64,000 bases of DNA from an uncultured Nitrososphaeraceae archaeon (GCA_963837175.1 CAWIMJ010000057.1:128001-192000), one strand, 5' to 3'; counted from the stretch's first letter, positions 1 through 10,116 are shown. Notes: generated by a model not told the origin, from the letters alone. Program-made: numbers and translations.

Positions 1-578
1 GACTAAATATTGGAAGACTAGCAAGGGAAGGTACAACGCGATTATCTCGAAAATACAAAATAGACTCAAATAAAGTCCAATGATATTTGAATAAATTATA
101 ATTACAGCAATGGTTGAAGATTAAAGATTAAAGACTAAAGTCCCTATCCAGTGATAGGTAAATGAAACTCATAGAAAGTGAAGGGAGTGAAAGTAGTGAC
201 GATTAATATAGATAATGATACCTCGTATAAAAATAATAAGCAAATTATGATATTGCAAGCAGTAGTGTAATAGCTAAGTGAGTCTTGAACGATGACGAAA
301 ATACCAACAAGCAGTCAGAATTTAAGACCAATTTTACAATAGAAAATAGTATTGAAACACACACTACGTTCTCTACTGTCTTCGTTCTCTTTCACATCAT
401 CAGATTTTGAACTAAACTAGGTACTACAATGCCTAGGAAATACGAGCACATGAATAGCAGAAATTGTAAGTTGAGTGAGAGACGGACAGGATAAATGACT
501 TATGCCAGACCATTCCTACAACGATGGAGGTATCTAAAAAGTAAAATTCAATTTATTGGCAAAGTTAAATAATAAATA

Positions 579-908
579 ATGAATTTCAATATTCCTATGT
601 ATTATAAGTTGTTATCTTCAGGACTTCTAATAGTTGTATCTATCTTAATGATTATTATAGAACAACCATCGCTAGCACAACAAGAGTTGAATACTGCTAT
701 TACCAATTCTAATGCTACTACTAATGCTACCAGCACCCCCAAGATCAACAAGACTGAACTTGATGAATGGTTTAACTCTTTACCTGATGGCACATATGGT
801 ACAATAGTAGACTCACATAATTTTAACTCTAGTAATTATGCAGGAGAAGACTACAGTAATTCAGTTGATGTGAATAGCTCTCTTAGTTTCGCGTGTCCCA
901 AAGTTTAG
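579..908 (+). CDS. Hypothetical secreted/membrane-anchored protein, Thr/Asn-rich, possibly truncated
   Basis: Hydrophobic N-terminal segment (LLSSGLLIVVSILMIII) and SLAQ cleavage-like site followed by low-complexity T/N stretch. Confidence 0.45.
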   Translation: MNFNIPMYYKLLSSGLLIVVSILMIIIEQPSLAQQELNTAITNSNATTNATSTPKINKTELDEWFNSLPDGTYGTIVDSHNFNSSNYAGEDYSNSVDVNSSLSFACPKV

Positions 909-1458
909 TTCATCAAGCATATTCGTCTGGATTAACGTACCAACTGCCGATTATTATCTTGATTGATTTAGGTGAAATCTCTTTTAATTTTAAATGTATT
1001 TCTGCATCTCGTTCTCGTTAACTATCTTCTTAGGTGTGAACGGCTAGTCTTCTTCTTGTCGTCGTCAATTATACTTCCTCAACAATATACCTCTATTCTC
1101 AATCATGATTGATCCTCATGATGTTGATGTTTCTTCCTCTTCTTTCTTTCTTTCTTACTATCAGTCACATTCCATTAATACAGTGTTATCAAGCCTATGA
1201 TTAGCTATGAGAATTGTACCAACATCGACTAAATTCTCTACGTACTCTGTCTGTGGAATGTGATTTGATTATTGTTATTACAATATTACTTGCTTAATCT
1301 GTAGTTAAACTCAAATCGTTCAGACTAAAATTATATCCACATCGAAAATACAGATAATCGTTGCTCTAATCATTCATATTCTTCTATCAACCTAAACTGG
1401 CATATTTCTTACATCCATTCTCATTAAAATATACTATATATGACCTGCTGCAGCTAGA

Positions 1459-1797
1459 GTGGGCGGACGATTCTTTATAGGTGTTCTAATTGGTTATACT
1501 TTAAAGAATCTAATTAAAATAGTGTTTATAATAGTAGGATTATTCTTCGCCGCTGTAGCGTACTTACACTATCATCAGATAGCCACTTTAAACTGGAATA
1601 AGCTTCAAACAGTATCTGAAGATGCTATAATAGCACTTTCAAAAGAAATATTATATTGGTTCCAGGTATTAGCATTAGTGATAGTAGTGGTATGTCCATG
1701 ACGCTGCAACAGCTTCCTCATTTGGAATGACCGGTTTAGGTGTCCCCTTAACTGGCAGTATGTCAGCAGCAGAAGCTACTAGTGGATTTAAGAATGA
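1459..1797 (+). pseudogene. FUN14-family membrane protein, frameshifted
   Basis: GGRFFIGVLIGYTLKNLIKIVFIIVGLFFAAVAYL...NWNKLQ resembles the archaeal FUN14 pattern; C-terminal-like FGMTGLGVPLTGSMSA lies past the stop at 1701. Confidence 0.6.
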
Positions 1798-1971
1798 TTT
1801 ACAAGAGAATAGGACAACTAAAAAAATTTTGTTATAGGCATTTAATATTCTCTAAATCTTAGACGGTTATATTTTCATACAGTATAATCAATGGTTAACA
1901 AGTTATGAAATCAAGTAGTACACCTGAAAATTAATGCGATATTGATCCTTTGATTAACACCTTAGTTCCTA

Positions 1972-2520
1972 TTACTCGACGACTTCCGCAATAGATTCTT
2001 CGGTAGAGAGTGGCACATTCCTATCTACCTTATACTTGAATAGTTCTGAATATTCCATATCTAATATAACATTTCTTCCTACCTGTTTTATTTTTGACTT
2101 TGGAACATCGAATCTATAATTATATTCACCAAATATAACGATCTTATCTTCTGTTTCCTTCATTATATGTCCTATGTGATCCTCATTTTCTATTCTGACT
2201 CCTTTATTGAAGAGTGATTTTGGATATTTTCGCTCATAGCTAGCAAGGTCTATATTTTTACCCTGACTCCAATGCTCACTTGGTGCATCTATAGGTAGTA
2301 AAGCGTCATGATCTACTTTGTACTTCTTCACAATGCTTTGAAGATTAAGACCAATTAGCACATTTCTTCCAGTAAATTGAATTTCTGACTTTGGGATATC
2401 ATATCTATTGTTTTTTTCACCAAATATGATGAGCTTGTCATCTGTTTCTCTCACCACATGTCCGATATCCGGAACATCTAATGCCATCACGCCTTTGTTA
2501 AAGTATTTTCCTGATGTCAA
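1972..2520 (-). CDS. Hypothetical protein with internally duplicated PRC-barrel-like domain
   Basis: Two homologous halves: FNKGV..DIGHVVRETDDKLIIFGE..RYDIPKSEI..GRNVLI and FNKGV..HIGHIMKETEDKIVIFGE..RFDVPKSKI..GRNVIL. Confidence 0.75.
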   Translation of the reverse strand: MTSGKYFNKGVMALDVPDIGHVVRETDDKLIIFGEKNNRYDIPKSEIQFTGRNVLIGLNLQSIVKKYKVDHDALLPIDAPSEHWSQGKNIDLASYERKYPKSLFNKGVRIENEDHIGHIMKETEDKIVIFGEYNYRFDVPKSKIKQVGRNVILDMEYSELFKYKVDRNVPLSTEESIAEVVE

Positions 2521-2724
2521 TAACCTTGATCTATTATAATATATCAGATTAACTCAACTCAGCAGAATTTTATACAAATCATAATATATGTGATTAATAA
2601 CAAACAAATATTACATGATAAAAGTTATTTCATAAATTAAATAGCAATTGTTTTGTTAAATTCAAGAGAATCTACGATAAAATCTCTCGCTTGCCAGATC
2701 GGCTAAGACTTCCGTTTCCATAAT

Positions 2725-2922
2725 TCAAAGCCCATCCATATTTGGCATTTTGATATCAACCATAAGCAAATCATACATACCAGCTTCTTTTCTAAAATTC
2801 TCCAACGCCAACACAGGATCAATAAATGAATCGACTTTGAATCGATTTTCTTCTAAAACCATCTTTATTGCTAAATTCACATCAGACTCATCGTCTACTA
2901 TCAAGACTCTCTTGTTTATCAT
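2725..2922 (-). pseudogene. Response regulator receiver domain, truncated
   Basis: RVLIVDDE...YDLLMVDIKMPNMDG receiver motifs; frameshift at DG(F)EL and the C-terminal half is missing. Confidence 0.8.
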
Positions 2923-2935
2923 TGGTCGAGCACCT

Positions 2936-3190
2936 TCACTTTAAGTCGTCGATTAAGAATTGACAGAGTAAAGTAAAAGATATTTCTTTTTTCTCTATGA
3001 GTATTAATATTATTATTCTTCGCCCATATCTTTCCACCATGGGCTTCAATTATGCTTTTTGCAATAAACAGTCCTAATCCAGTACCTTCAAACGATTTGG
3101 AAGCAAACTTGACTATTTTGACAATATTTCTGAGTCTATGCCTTCACCAGTATTTTTTACACTAATAATAGCTTCCTTTTGGTTATCTTT
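2936..3190 (-). pseudogene. Histidine kinase HATPase_c C-terminal fragment
   Basis: Manual translation: EAIISVKNTGEGIDSEILSK..FASKSFEGTGLGLFIAKSIIEAHGGKIWA..FYFTL (G1/F/G2 boxes), broken frame, no N-terminus. Confidence 0.8.
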
Positions 3191-3640
3191 CCTTTGTTTG
3201 GTTCTATTTCAGGATAATACAACCAGTTGAAGAATCTAATAAAATGAATTCTGTATAAGTTGTAAGTGACAATCCGTTTGTACGGCGGACCAGCCGCTTC
3301 TGGTTTTCTATAACTATCAAAAAAAGATAAGATATCTTGTCTTGTGATTTGTTTGAATGATTTATTATTATTATTACTATTACAAAAGATTGATAATTTG
3401 CTTAAAAGATAGATAATGTCTTGTCTATACTGATCTGATAGATTTATTTCTGTTTTCATAGCAAGAATATATTTAGCTATAGTCAGTGCATTCTCTTTAG
3501 ATATATCTTTTAAAAGACGTCTATAATATGGAATTAGTCCGGCTGTGACCATCTTTATCTTTATATCAAATAATGAATCTTCAATGACTGTAGTTGTGGT
3601 AGTTGTGGCAATAGCAGTTGTACAAACAGGCAGCCGTCCT
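3157..3640 (-). pseudogene. Tyrosine recombinase/integrase N-terminal fragment (Nitrososphaera-type)
   Basis: ENALTIAKYILAMKTEINLSD...FKQITRQDILSFFDSYRKPE...TYNLYRIHFIRFFNWLYYP is the N-terminal domain pattern of these integrases; catalytic domain absent; upstream limit approximate. Confidence 0.7.
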
Positions 3641-3709
3641 TCTAGATTTAATCACATAAAACGATGGCTTCGACTAGACATATAAGTATCTATTCCAAGC
3701 TATCTATGA

Positions 3710-4510
3710 ATGGAGTTAGAAGGAATTCTAAATAAATTTGCACAAGGTCATCTCAGCATAAAAGAAGTTCAGAAACAGATTTCTATCCATTCCATAGAAT
3801 ATGTCCGAAATAATCTTGCTCAATTAGATATAGGAAGAGAAATTCGAAAAGGAGTACCTGAAGTAGTGTTCGCAGAAGGCAAAGAGTACCGAGATATTGT
3901 CCGTATAGTCCTAAGCGCCATAAATAAAAAAGAAAATGTTATGGTTAGCAGAATCAGAAGAGACGAATTGTCTAAACTTTGCAGAAATTTGAAAAAGAGA
4001 AATCTCAAACTCGAGATAGGAAAACATAGTACGACTATTTTAGTCTCGAAGGGAAATCATCAAACCACAAAAACTGGAGCAAAAATAGGTATCCTTACAG
4101 CTGGTACGTCTGATATTGGTGTTGCAGAAGAAGCTAGACTGGTTGCAAACGCTATGGGTTGCGACGTTATTTTCACATACGATGTTGGAATAGCAGGAAT
4201 TCATAGACTTTTCTCTCCATTGGAAGAGATGATTAATAAAGACGTTGATGCTCTAGTAGTTGTTGCAGGAATGGAAGGCGCCCTTGCTTCTATTGTTTCT
4301 TCAATAGTTGATATTCCCGTTATTGGAGTTCCGACCTCGACAGGATATGGATTTGGTTCCAATGGCATGGCTGCTTTAGCGTCTATGCTACAGAGTTGCA
4401 CATTTGGCCTTGCAGTAGTGAATATAGATAATGGTGTTGGTGCGGGCGCATATGCTGCATCGATTGCTAATAGAATGGTATTAAAAAGACAAGCCAATAT
4501 ACAGCCTTGA
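3710..4510 (+). CDS. larB: Nickel-pincer cofactor biosynthesis protein LarB (PurE-like)
   Basis: LDIGREIRKGVPEVVFAEGK, TAGTSDIGVAEEA, DVGIAGIHRL, AGMEGALAS, VPTSTGYG, VVNIDNGVGA motifs. Confidence 0.92.
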   Translation: MELEGILNKFAQGHLSIKEVQKQISIHSIEYVRNNLAQLDIGREIRKGVPEVVFAEGKEYRDIVRIVLSAINKKENVMVSRIRRDELSKLCRNLKKRNLKLEIGKHSTTILVSKGNHQTTKTGAKIGILTAGTSDIGVAEEARLVANAMGCDVIFTYDVGIAGIHRLFSPLEEMINKDVDALVVVAGMEGALASIVSSIVDIPVIGVPTSTGYGFGSNGMAALASMLQSCTFGLAVVNIDNGVGAGAYAASIANRMVLKRQANIQP

Positions 4511-4543
4511 ATATTTGGTTATACCATTGAAGCGTCTAATGCT

Positions 4544-4557
4544 AAAAGGTTTATAAG
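4544..4557 (+). promoter_or_regulatory. BRE + TATA box of the rpl18 operon
   Basis: aaaagg-TTTATAAG about 40 nt upstream of the rpl18 ORF. Confidence 0.55.
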
Positions 4558-4596
4558 TGCTTTCTATCGTTTGCTTTTTAATTATTAAAGTGGTGA

Positions 4597-5289
4597 ATGG
4601 TTATTATGACTCATATTAATACTCTTAAAAGAATTAGACAACATAAAACGAATTACCGTAAAAGGAGTGCAATATTAATTGGTCGACGACCTTTCATAAC
4701 TACAAAAATCAGCAGCCAAAATATTTCAGCTCAAACTTTGCAACCTTCTTTAACTGGTGATGTTGTAATTGCTTCTGCTCATAGCAGAGAACTTATTCAA
4801 CATGGCTGGAAAGGTTCAATGAATAACATGCCTGCTTGTTACCTTACAGGTCTGTTATTAGGAAAGAAATCTGTGGAAAAGGGATCTGCTAATGCGGTTT
4901 TATATACCGGAAACGATGCGTTTACAACTAGAGTAGCTGCATGTTTGAAGGGACTTGTCGATTCAGGGATTAATATTCCAGTTTCAAAGGAATCTCTTCC
5001 TGATAAAGACCGTGTGAGTGGAAAACATATTGCTGAGTATGCAAATTTGTTAAAGGATAATCAAGAAAAATATAATTCTAGGTTTTCTGCCCTTATAAAA
5101 CAAGGCTTGAGACCTGAAGATTATCCAAAACATTTTGAAGAGATTAGAATCAGAATTTTGGACAAATCCCCTCTTGAGAGCAAGAGATTAAATGAAGCAT
5201 CCAATTCAGTAAACAAATTGAACAAAGAAGAATTCCATAATAGTGTTATGAGTAGGTTAAAAGCCTCATCTAAAGGAGATAACGAGTAG
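4597..5289 (+). CDS. rpl18: 50S ribosomal protein L18 (uL18)
   Basis: KTNYRKR, SAHSREL..GWKG, PACYLTGLLLG, GKHIAEYA motifs; position upstream of rps5. Confidence 0.95.
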   Translation: MVIMTHINTLKRIRQHKTNYRKRSAILIGRRPFITTKISSQNISAQTLQPSLTGDVVIASAHSRELIQHGWKGSMNNMPACYLTGLLLGKKSVEKGSANAVLYTGNDAFTTRVAACLKGLVDSGINIPVSKESLPDKDRVSGKHIAEYANLLKDNQEKYNSRFSALIKQGLRPEDYPKHFEEIRIRILDKSPLESKRLNEASNSVNKLNKEEFHNSVMSRLKASSKGDNE

Positions 5290-5291
5290 GA

Positions 5292-5912
5292 ATGAGTAGA
5301 TATTCTCGTCAACAAGAACAACATATAGAATGGAAACCTAGGACCACATTGGGTATAATGGTGGCTGGTGGAAAGATCAATTCTATTGATCAAATCTATG
5401 AAAATGGAATGCGAATTCAGGAGTCAGAAATTGTTAAAAAGTTATTGCCAGAGATAAAGAGTCAAGTAGTACATGTAGGAATTGTTCAGAAACAAACAGA
5501 TGCTGGTGAAATGACTCGGTTTAATGCATTAGTTGCAGTTGGTAACGAAGCAGGTTGGTTTGGAGTCGGGAAGGGTAAAGCAGCCCAAATGCGTATTGCA
5601 ATAGACAAGGCAACTACCGCCGCTTATCTTAATGTAATTCCAGTAAAGTTAGGGTGTGGAAGCTGGGAATGTAGATGTAATCAGCTTCATTCTATTCCAT
5701 TCAAGGTTCGAGGAAGAGGAGGCAGTGTGACAATAGAGATCCTTCCGGGCCCAAGAGGATTAGGTCTAGTTGCAGGTGAGAATATCAAAAGCCTTCTAAA
5801 ACTTGCAGGATTAAAAGATGCATGGACGAAATCTTTCGGATCAACAAGTACAATGGCGTCTACAATAAAAGCAATTTTCGATGCGCTCAGAAGCACCTAT
5901 ATGTCTGGTTGA
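5292..5912 (+). CDS. rps5: 30S ribosomal protein S5 (uS5)
   Basis: WKPRTTLG, VQKQTDAGE, GCGSWECRC, PGPRGLGLVAG. Confidence 0.97.
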   Translation: MSRYSRQQEQHIEWKPRTTLGIMVAGGKINSIDQIYENGMRIQESEIVKKLLPEIKSQVVHVGIVQKQTDAGEMTRFNALVAVGNEAGWFGVGKGKAAQMRIAIDKATTAAYLNVIPVKLGCGSWECRCNQLHSIPFKVRGRGGSVTIEILPGPRGLGLVAGENIKSLLKLAGLKDAWTKSFGSTSTMASTIKAIFDALRSTYMSG

Positions 5913-5921
5913 TGATGAGCT

Positions 5922-6381
5922 ATGGCTTATCTAGTTGTTCGAATAAAAGGAACTGTAAATGTACCGTATTGGGCTAATATTACTTTGGATAATCTAAATC
6001 TAGATAAAAGATTTCGTGCAACAGTCATACCAGAAAATCCCCAATGTCTTGGTATGTTACGGAAAGTCAAGGATATAGTTGCTTGGACGTCTGCCGATGC
6101 GGTAATTATAAAAGAATTGCTAGAGAAGAGAGGAAAAAGAACAGGATTTAAACCAATAACAAATTCTGATTTACCAGAAGGTTACAATACTATTGAAGAG
6201 CTTGCATCTGCCATTGCAGATGATAAGTTAACATTATCAAAGCTCGGATCCATTAAACCGTGGTTCGCACTTAATTCCCCTCGTGGAGGCTTTAAACGGA
6301 AAACAAAGACACAGGTACTCTCAAGAAGGTGTACTGGGAGAACATAAAGGATTAACTGATATTGTAAAGAGAATGTTATGA
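5922..6381 (+). CDS. rpl30: 50S ribosomal protein L30 (uL30), apparent +1 frameshift near 6314
   Basis: YLVVRIKGTVN, LNSPRGGFKRKTK; removing one G at 6314-6315 restores YSQEGVLGEHKGLTDIVKRML-stop(6381). Confidence 0.9.
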
Positions 6382-6463
6382 ATGGAGCAAAGCTTAAGTA
6401 AGGTGATATTATGAATTTACAACAACTTTCAAGATTACTTAAAAAAGGGAGAATGCAATAAAA

Positions 6464-6901
6464 ATGGCTACTAGATTTAGGAAAAGTAGAAGACAACGTG
6501 GCAGCAGATATTGCGGATGGGGACAGGTAGGTCAACATAGACAATCTGGTAGTCGGGGGGGTATTGGTGCAGCTGGAAAACATAAGCACTTCTATATTCG
6601 AACAGTAATTGAAGAGCCTAATCATTTTGGACACGACGCTTTCAATTCATATAACAGGAACCTGGTTCATAAGTGGCTTAACATCAGAGATCTAAATTCT
6701 GTCATTGCTAAACACGGTAAGGTAAACCAGGACGGGAAAGTTATTTTAGATTTGTCATCGCTTGGCTACGACAAGCTATTGGGTGGAGGCAAGGTTAACA
6801 GTGCTTTTGCAGTTAAGGTATCAAGTATATCAGCTGGTGCTAAAGAAAAAATTCAGCAGGCTGGAGGCGAGGTATTGTCAAATGAAGACATCACAAAATG
6901 A
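6464..6901 (+). CDS. rpl15: 50S ribosomal protein L15 (uL15)
   Basis: RKSRRQRGSRYCGWG, GSRGGIGAAG, GYDKLLGGG, AKEKIQQAGG. Confidence 0.96.
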   Translation: MATRFRKSRRQRGSRYCGWGQVGQHRQSGSRGGIGAAGKHKHFYIRTVIEEPNHFGHDAFNSYNRNLVHKWLNIRDLNSVIAKHGKVNQDGKVILDLSSLGYDKLLGGGKVNSAFAVKVSSISAGAKEKIQQAGGEVLSNEDITK

Positions 6902-8312
6902 AAGCCCGTTTAGACGAGTAATTAAAGCTGCGTCTAGATATATCCCTCAGGTTGAAAAACCGAAAAAGAAAATATCGCTTACTGAAAAGTTTGTTTGGTG
7001 TGGCATAGCTCTTTTTGCATATTTAATTATGGGCCAAATACCCCTTTACGGTGTTACCAGCGATCCGAAGTTTGATTTTCTCGCATTTGCCAGGGTTATT
7101 TTTGCAGCACAACAAGGTACGTTGATGGAGTTGGGGATAGGCCCTATAGTTACTGCAGGATTGCTTATGCAGCTGCTTAAAGGTTCGGATCTAATTAAGC
7201 TTAATTTCAAGAATCCTGATGATAGGTCATTATTTACATCGGCTACAAAGATAGTGACAATTATTGTAATAATTGCAGAGGGCACATTATATGGTGTAAG
7301 CGTCTATGGCCATCTTGTAGCCTCACCGAGTATTATACCAATAGTGGTTGGACAATTAATTGGAGCCAGTATCATTGTAATGTTTCTAGATGAGCTTGTA
7401 CAGAAAGGCTGGGGATTAGGATCAGGTATTAGTTTGTTTATTATGGCAGGCGTAGCTCAGAGTATACTGTGGAGTATATTCAGCCCCCTGCCTGCTCAGG
7501 ATGGGCCAGTAGGGATAATTCCTTTTATTATAGATTCTGTAGCTACAGGACATGCTGAAGATGCTATCTTAAGATCTGGTCAACTTCCAAGCCTATTTGG
7601 CTTGGGAATTACTGGGGGTATACTACTGGTGTTAGTATATGTTCAAGGTATACATGTAGATATACCAATCGTATCTACAAAATATAGAGGGTTTACTGCT
7701 GTATATCCAATCAAGCTGTTGTATACATCTAACATTCCTGTAATTTTGTCATCAGCGCTCATTGCTAACGCAATATTTATGGGCCAGATGCTCTGGGCTA
7801 ATTACAATCCTCAAAATGATAATCCAGTTTTCAATTGGATTGCACAATTTGATCCTAGTGCACCGCAAAGTCCAACAGGAGGATTATTCTATTATCTTAC
7901 AGCTCCTAGAAGTTTTGAAACTGCAGTTCAGGATCCCGTTAGAGCAGTCGTTTATGTAGTATTTTTAACAACTATTGTAACAATTTTTGGGAGATTATGG
8001 GTGGAATTAGGGGGATTATCTGCAAAATCCGCTGCAAAGAATTTGCTAGATGCTGATGTGCAGGTTCCTGGTTTTAGAAGAGCTGAGGGGTCGGTGGAGG
8101 TTTTACTTAATAAGTATATTCCTTCAGTCACAATTTTAGGTGGCATTATCATAGGCCTATTAGCATCAGTATCGGATGTCTTAAACGTATTTGGTTCAGG
8201 AATTGGTATTCTTCTAATGGTGGATATTCTAGTAAACTATTACAATTTGTTGATTAGAGAACAAGTGGACACTCACATGCCTAAATTGGCGGCTCTTCTT
8301 GGCAGAAAATAA
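6882..8312 (+). CDS. secY: Preprotein translocase subunit SecY (Sec61 alpha)
   Basis: GTLMELGIGPIVTAG, LDELVQKGWGLGSGISLFI, YPIKLLYTSNIPVIL; probable ATG start at 6882 overlapping the end of rpl15. Confidence 0.97.
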   Translation: MKTSQNESPFRRVIKAASRYIPQVEKPKKKISLTEKFVWCGIALFAYLIMGQIPLYGVTSDPKFDFLAFARVIFAAQQGTLMELGIGPIVTAGLLMQLLKGSDLIKLNFKNPDDRSLFTSATKIVTIIVIIAEGTLYGVSVYGHLVASPSIIPIVVGQLIGASIIVMFLDELVQKGWGLGSGISLFIMAGVAQSILWSIFSPLPAQDGPVGIIPFIIDSVATGHAEDAILRSGQLPSLFGLGITGGILLVLVYVQGIHVDIPIVSTKYRGFTAVYPIKLLYTSNIPVILSSALIANAIFMGQMLWANYNPQNDNPVFNWIAQFDPSAPQSPTGGLFYYLTAPRSFETAVQDPVRAVVYVVFLTTIVTIFGRLWVELGGLSAKSAAKNLLDADVQVPGFRRAEGSVEVLLNKYIPSVTILGGIIIGLLASVSDVLNVFGSGIGILLMVDILVNYYNLLIREQVDTHMPKLAALLGRK

Positions 8313-8901
8313 AAAACGCGTAGTTGTAGTTGGAATACCTGGTGTCGGAAAGACTACCGTAATTTCTCGGCTGGCTGAAATTCTAAACCAAAGGGGAAGA
8401 CAAGCTGCAGTAGTTGTATTTGGTACGATAATGTTCGAAGAAGCAAGAAAACTAGGTCTAAACAATCGAGATGAAATGCGAAGACAGACAATTGAAGATC
8501 AGCAACGTATGCAAAACCTTGCTGCGAGAAGAATTGCTGATATGAAAGATAATATTGTGATTGTTGATACTCATCTTTTTATAAATACCATCGAAGGATA
8601 CTATCCCGGGCTTCCACTACATTTACTTGAAACTATAAAACCTACAAATATTGTAATGGTTGCTGCTCATCCCGAGGAGATAGCTAACAGAAGAAAAACT
8701 GATGCAACGCGTCATAGAGACGTTTCATCGATAGAAGATATTCAGCATCAACTTGATATTTCAAAAGGTATGGTTGCCACGTGTTCTGTACTAACCGGCT
8801 GTCCATTTATTATAATCATGAATAGAAACAACAAAATTGATGAAACCGCATCAAACATAGCTAAAGCATTAACAGCTGAAGAGCATGAATTAAGAAAATG
8901 A
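8299..8901 (+). CDS. adkA: Archaeal adenylate kinase
   Basis: GIPGVGKTT P-loop, RDEMR, VDTH, GYYPGLP; follows secY. Confidence 0.93.
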   Translation: MAENKKRVVVVGIPGVGKTTVISRLAEILNQRGRQAAVVVFGTIMFEEARKLGLNNRDEMRRQTIEDQQRMQNLAARRIADMKDNIVIVDTHLFINTIEGYYPGLPLHLLETIKPTNIVMVAAHPEEIANRRKTDATRHRDVSSIEDIQHQLDISKGMVATCSVLTGCPFIIIMNRNNKIDETASNIAKALTAEEHELRK

Positions 8902-9497
8902 ATATTATTGATTCGATAATAATGCAGCTACTAGGTTTAACACCTCAATACACAAAACATCCACTCTTTCCAGGCATACTTACCAATATGATTGCAGCTG
9001 CATTAATTGCGATCAGAATGAACATTGCATTTTCATTATTACGAAAAAAGACGACTGACATAGAAAAGATGAATAAGGTAATGAAAGAAACCAATGAATG
9101 GCGAAAGCAGTACACCGATGCAATAAAAAAACAAAACAAGGAGCGTGTGACAGAATTAAAAGCGAAACAAGCTTATGTAAACAAAATGGCCATGGAAATG
9201 CAGCAGCAACAAATGCATCCAACGCTAATCTATGTGACACCCTCCTTCATGTTATGGATACTCGTATTTGCATCAATATTTAGACAATCTGGATCTCTTT
9301 CACCTGTAGAAATTTCATGGATAATGTGTGGTGAACAAGACCTGAAAACAAATACACAACTATATGAAAAAGGCGAATCTAAAGGTGGATGTTCTATTCG
9401 TGAAGTCTTTCTTTGGGGATGGTTCTTGATTACATTATCTGCATTCAGTGGGATAATATCCAAGGTTACACAGACTGTTATGCCAAGTTTGGGTTAG
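8898..9497 (+). CDS. EMC3/TMCO1 (DUF106) family membrane insertase-like protein
   Basis: TM - coiled coil - Met/Gln-rich segment - TM, WGWFLITLSAFS; conserved position after adk. Confidence 0.85.
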   Translation: MNIIDSIIMQLLGLTPQYTKHPLFPGILTNMIAAALIAIRMNIAFSLLRKKTTDIEKMNKVMKETNEWRKQYTDAIKKQNKERVTELKAKQAYVNKMAMEMQQQQMHPTLIYVTPSFMLWILVFASIFRQSGSLSPVEISWIMCGEQDLKTNTQLYEKGESKGGCSIREVFLWGWFLITLSAFSGIISKVTQTVMPSLG

Positions 9498-9499
9498 GA

Positions 9500-10087
9500 T
9501 TGATATTTATTCAAAACCCAAAACAGAAGTTAAGCATTGTTATCTCCGGCTGGCCCGCGGTAGGTAAGACAACTATTGCAGCAGAACTTGCAAAAGAATT
9601 TAGATTAGAAATTTATAATGGAGGCGATATCTTGAAAATGCTTGCTGGGGAAAAAGGATATTCAATTTCTGGAAAAGACTGGTGGGATACAGAAGATGCA
9701 AAAAAATTCATGATAGAACGAAAATCAAATCGTTGCTTTGATAAAGAAGTAGATCGAAGACTAGTTGAAATAGTTAAAAAAGGAAATGTCGTAATTACAA
9801 GTTATACTCTTCCATGGTTAGTTCAAGATGCCTTAAAGTTTTGGCTTAAAGGGTCACAGAGTAATAGAGCAAAAAGAATGGCCTATCGAGATAACATATC
9901 TTTTGAGGATGCTACAAATATTGTCAATTCGAGGGATGAGGATAATATAAAGATCTATCGTGAAATCTATGGATTCAATTTCGGTAAAGATCTTTCGGTT
10001 TTTGATTTTGCTCTAAATACTGATCTAATAAGCCTTAAAGCCTTAATTCTCATATCTAAAAGTATAGTAAAACATCTTATAATTTAG
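9500..10087 (+). CDS. cmk: Cytidylate kinase (archaeal type)
   Basis: ISGWPAVGKTT P-loop, DKEVD, KFWLK, RAKRMAYRD; in-frame TTG at 9500 taken as start. Confidence 0.9.
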   Translation: MIFIQNPKQKLSIVISGWPAVGKTTIAAELAKEFRLEIYNGGDILKMLAGEKGYSISGKDWWDTEDAKKFMIERKSNRCFDKEVDRRLVEIVKKGNVVITSYTLPWLVQDALKFWLKGSQSNRAKRMAYRDNISFEDATNIVNSRDEDNIKIYREIYGFNFGKDLSVFDFALNTDLISLKALILISKSIVKHLII

Positions 10088-10116
10088 TATAGCGGTAGGT
10101 GATGAAATAAATCAAT

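Noticed and set aside
1-578. Remnant mobile-element gene
   Set aside because: Only short broken frames; no motif I can name
6762-6881. N-terminal extension of SecY in the ORF track
   Set aside because: Lies inside rpl15 in another frame; homology starts near ATG 6882
9413-9499. N-terminal extension of cmk
   Set aside because: Overlaps the EMC3 gene; P-loop position indicates a later start
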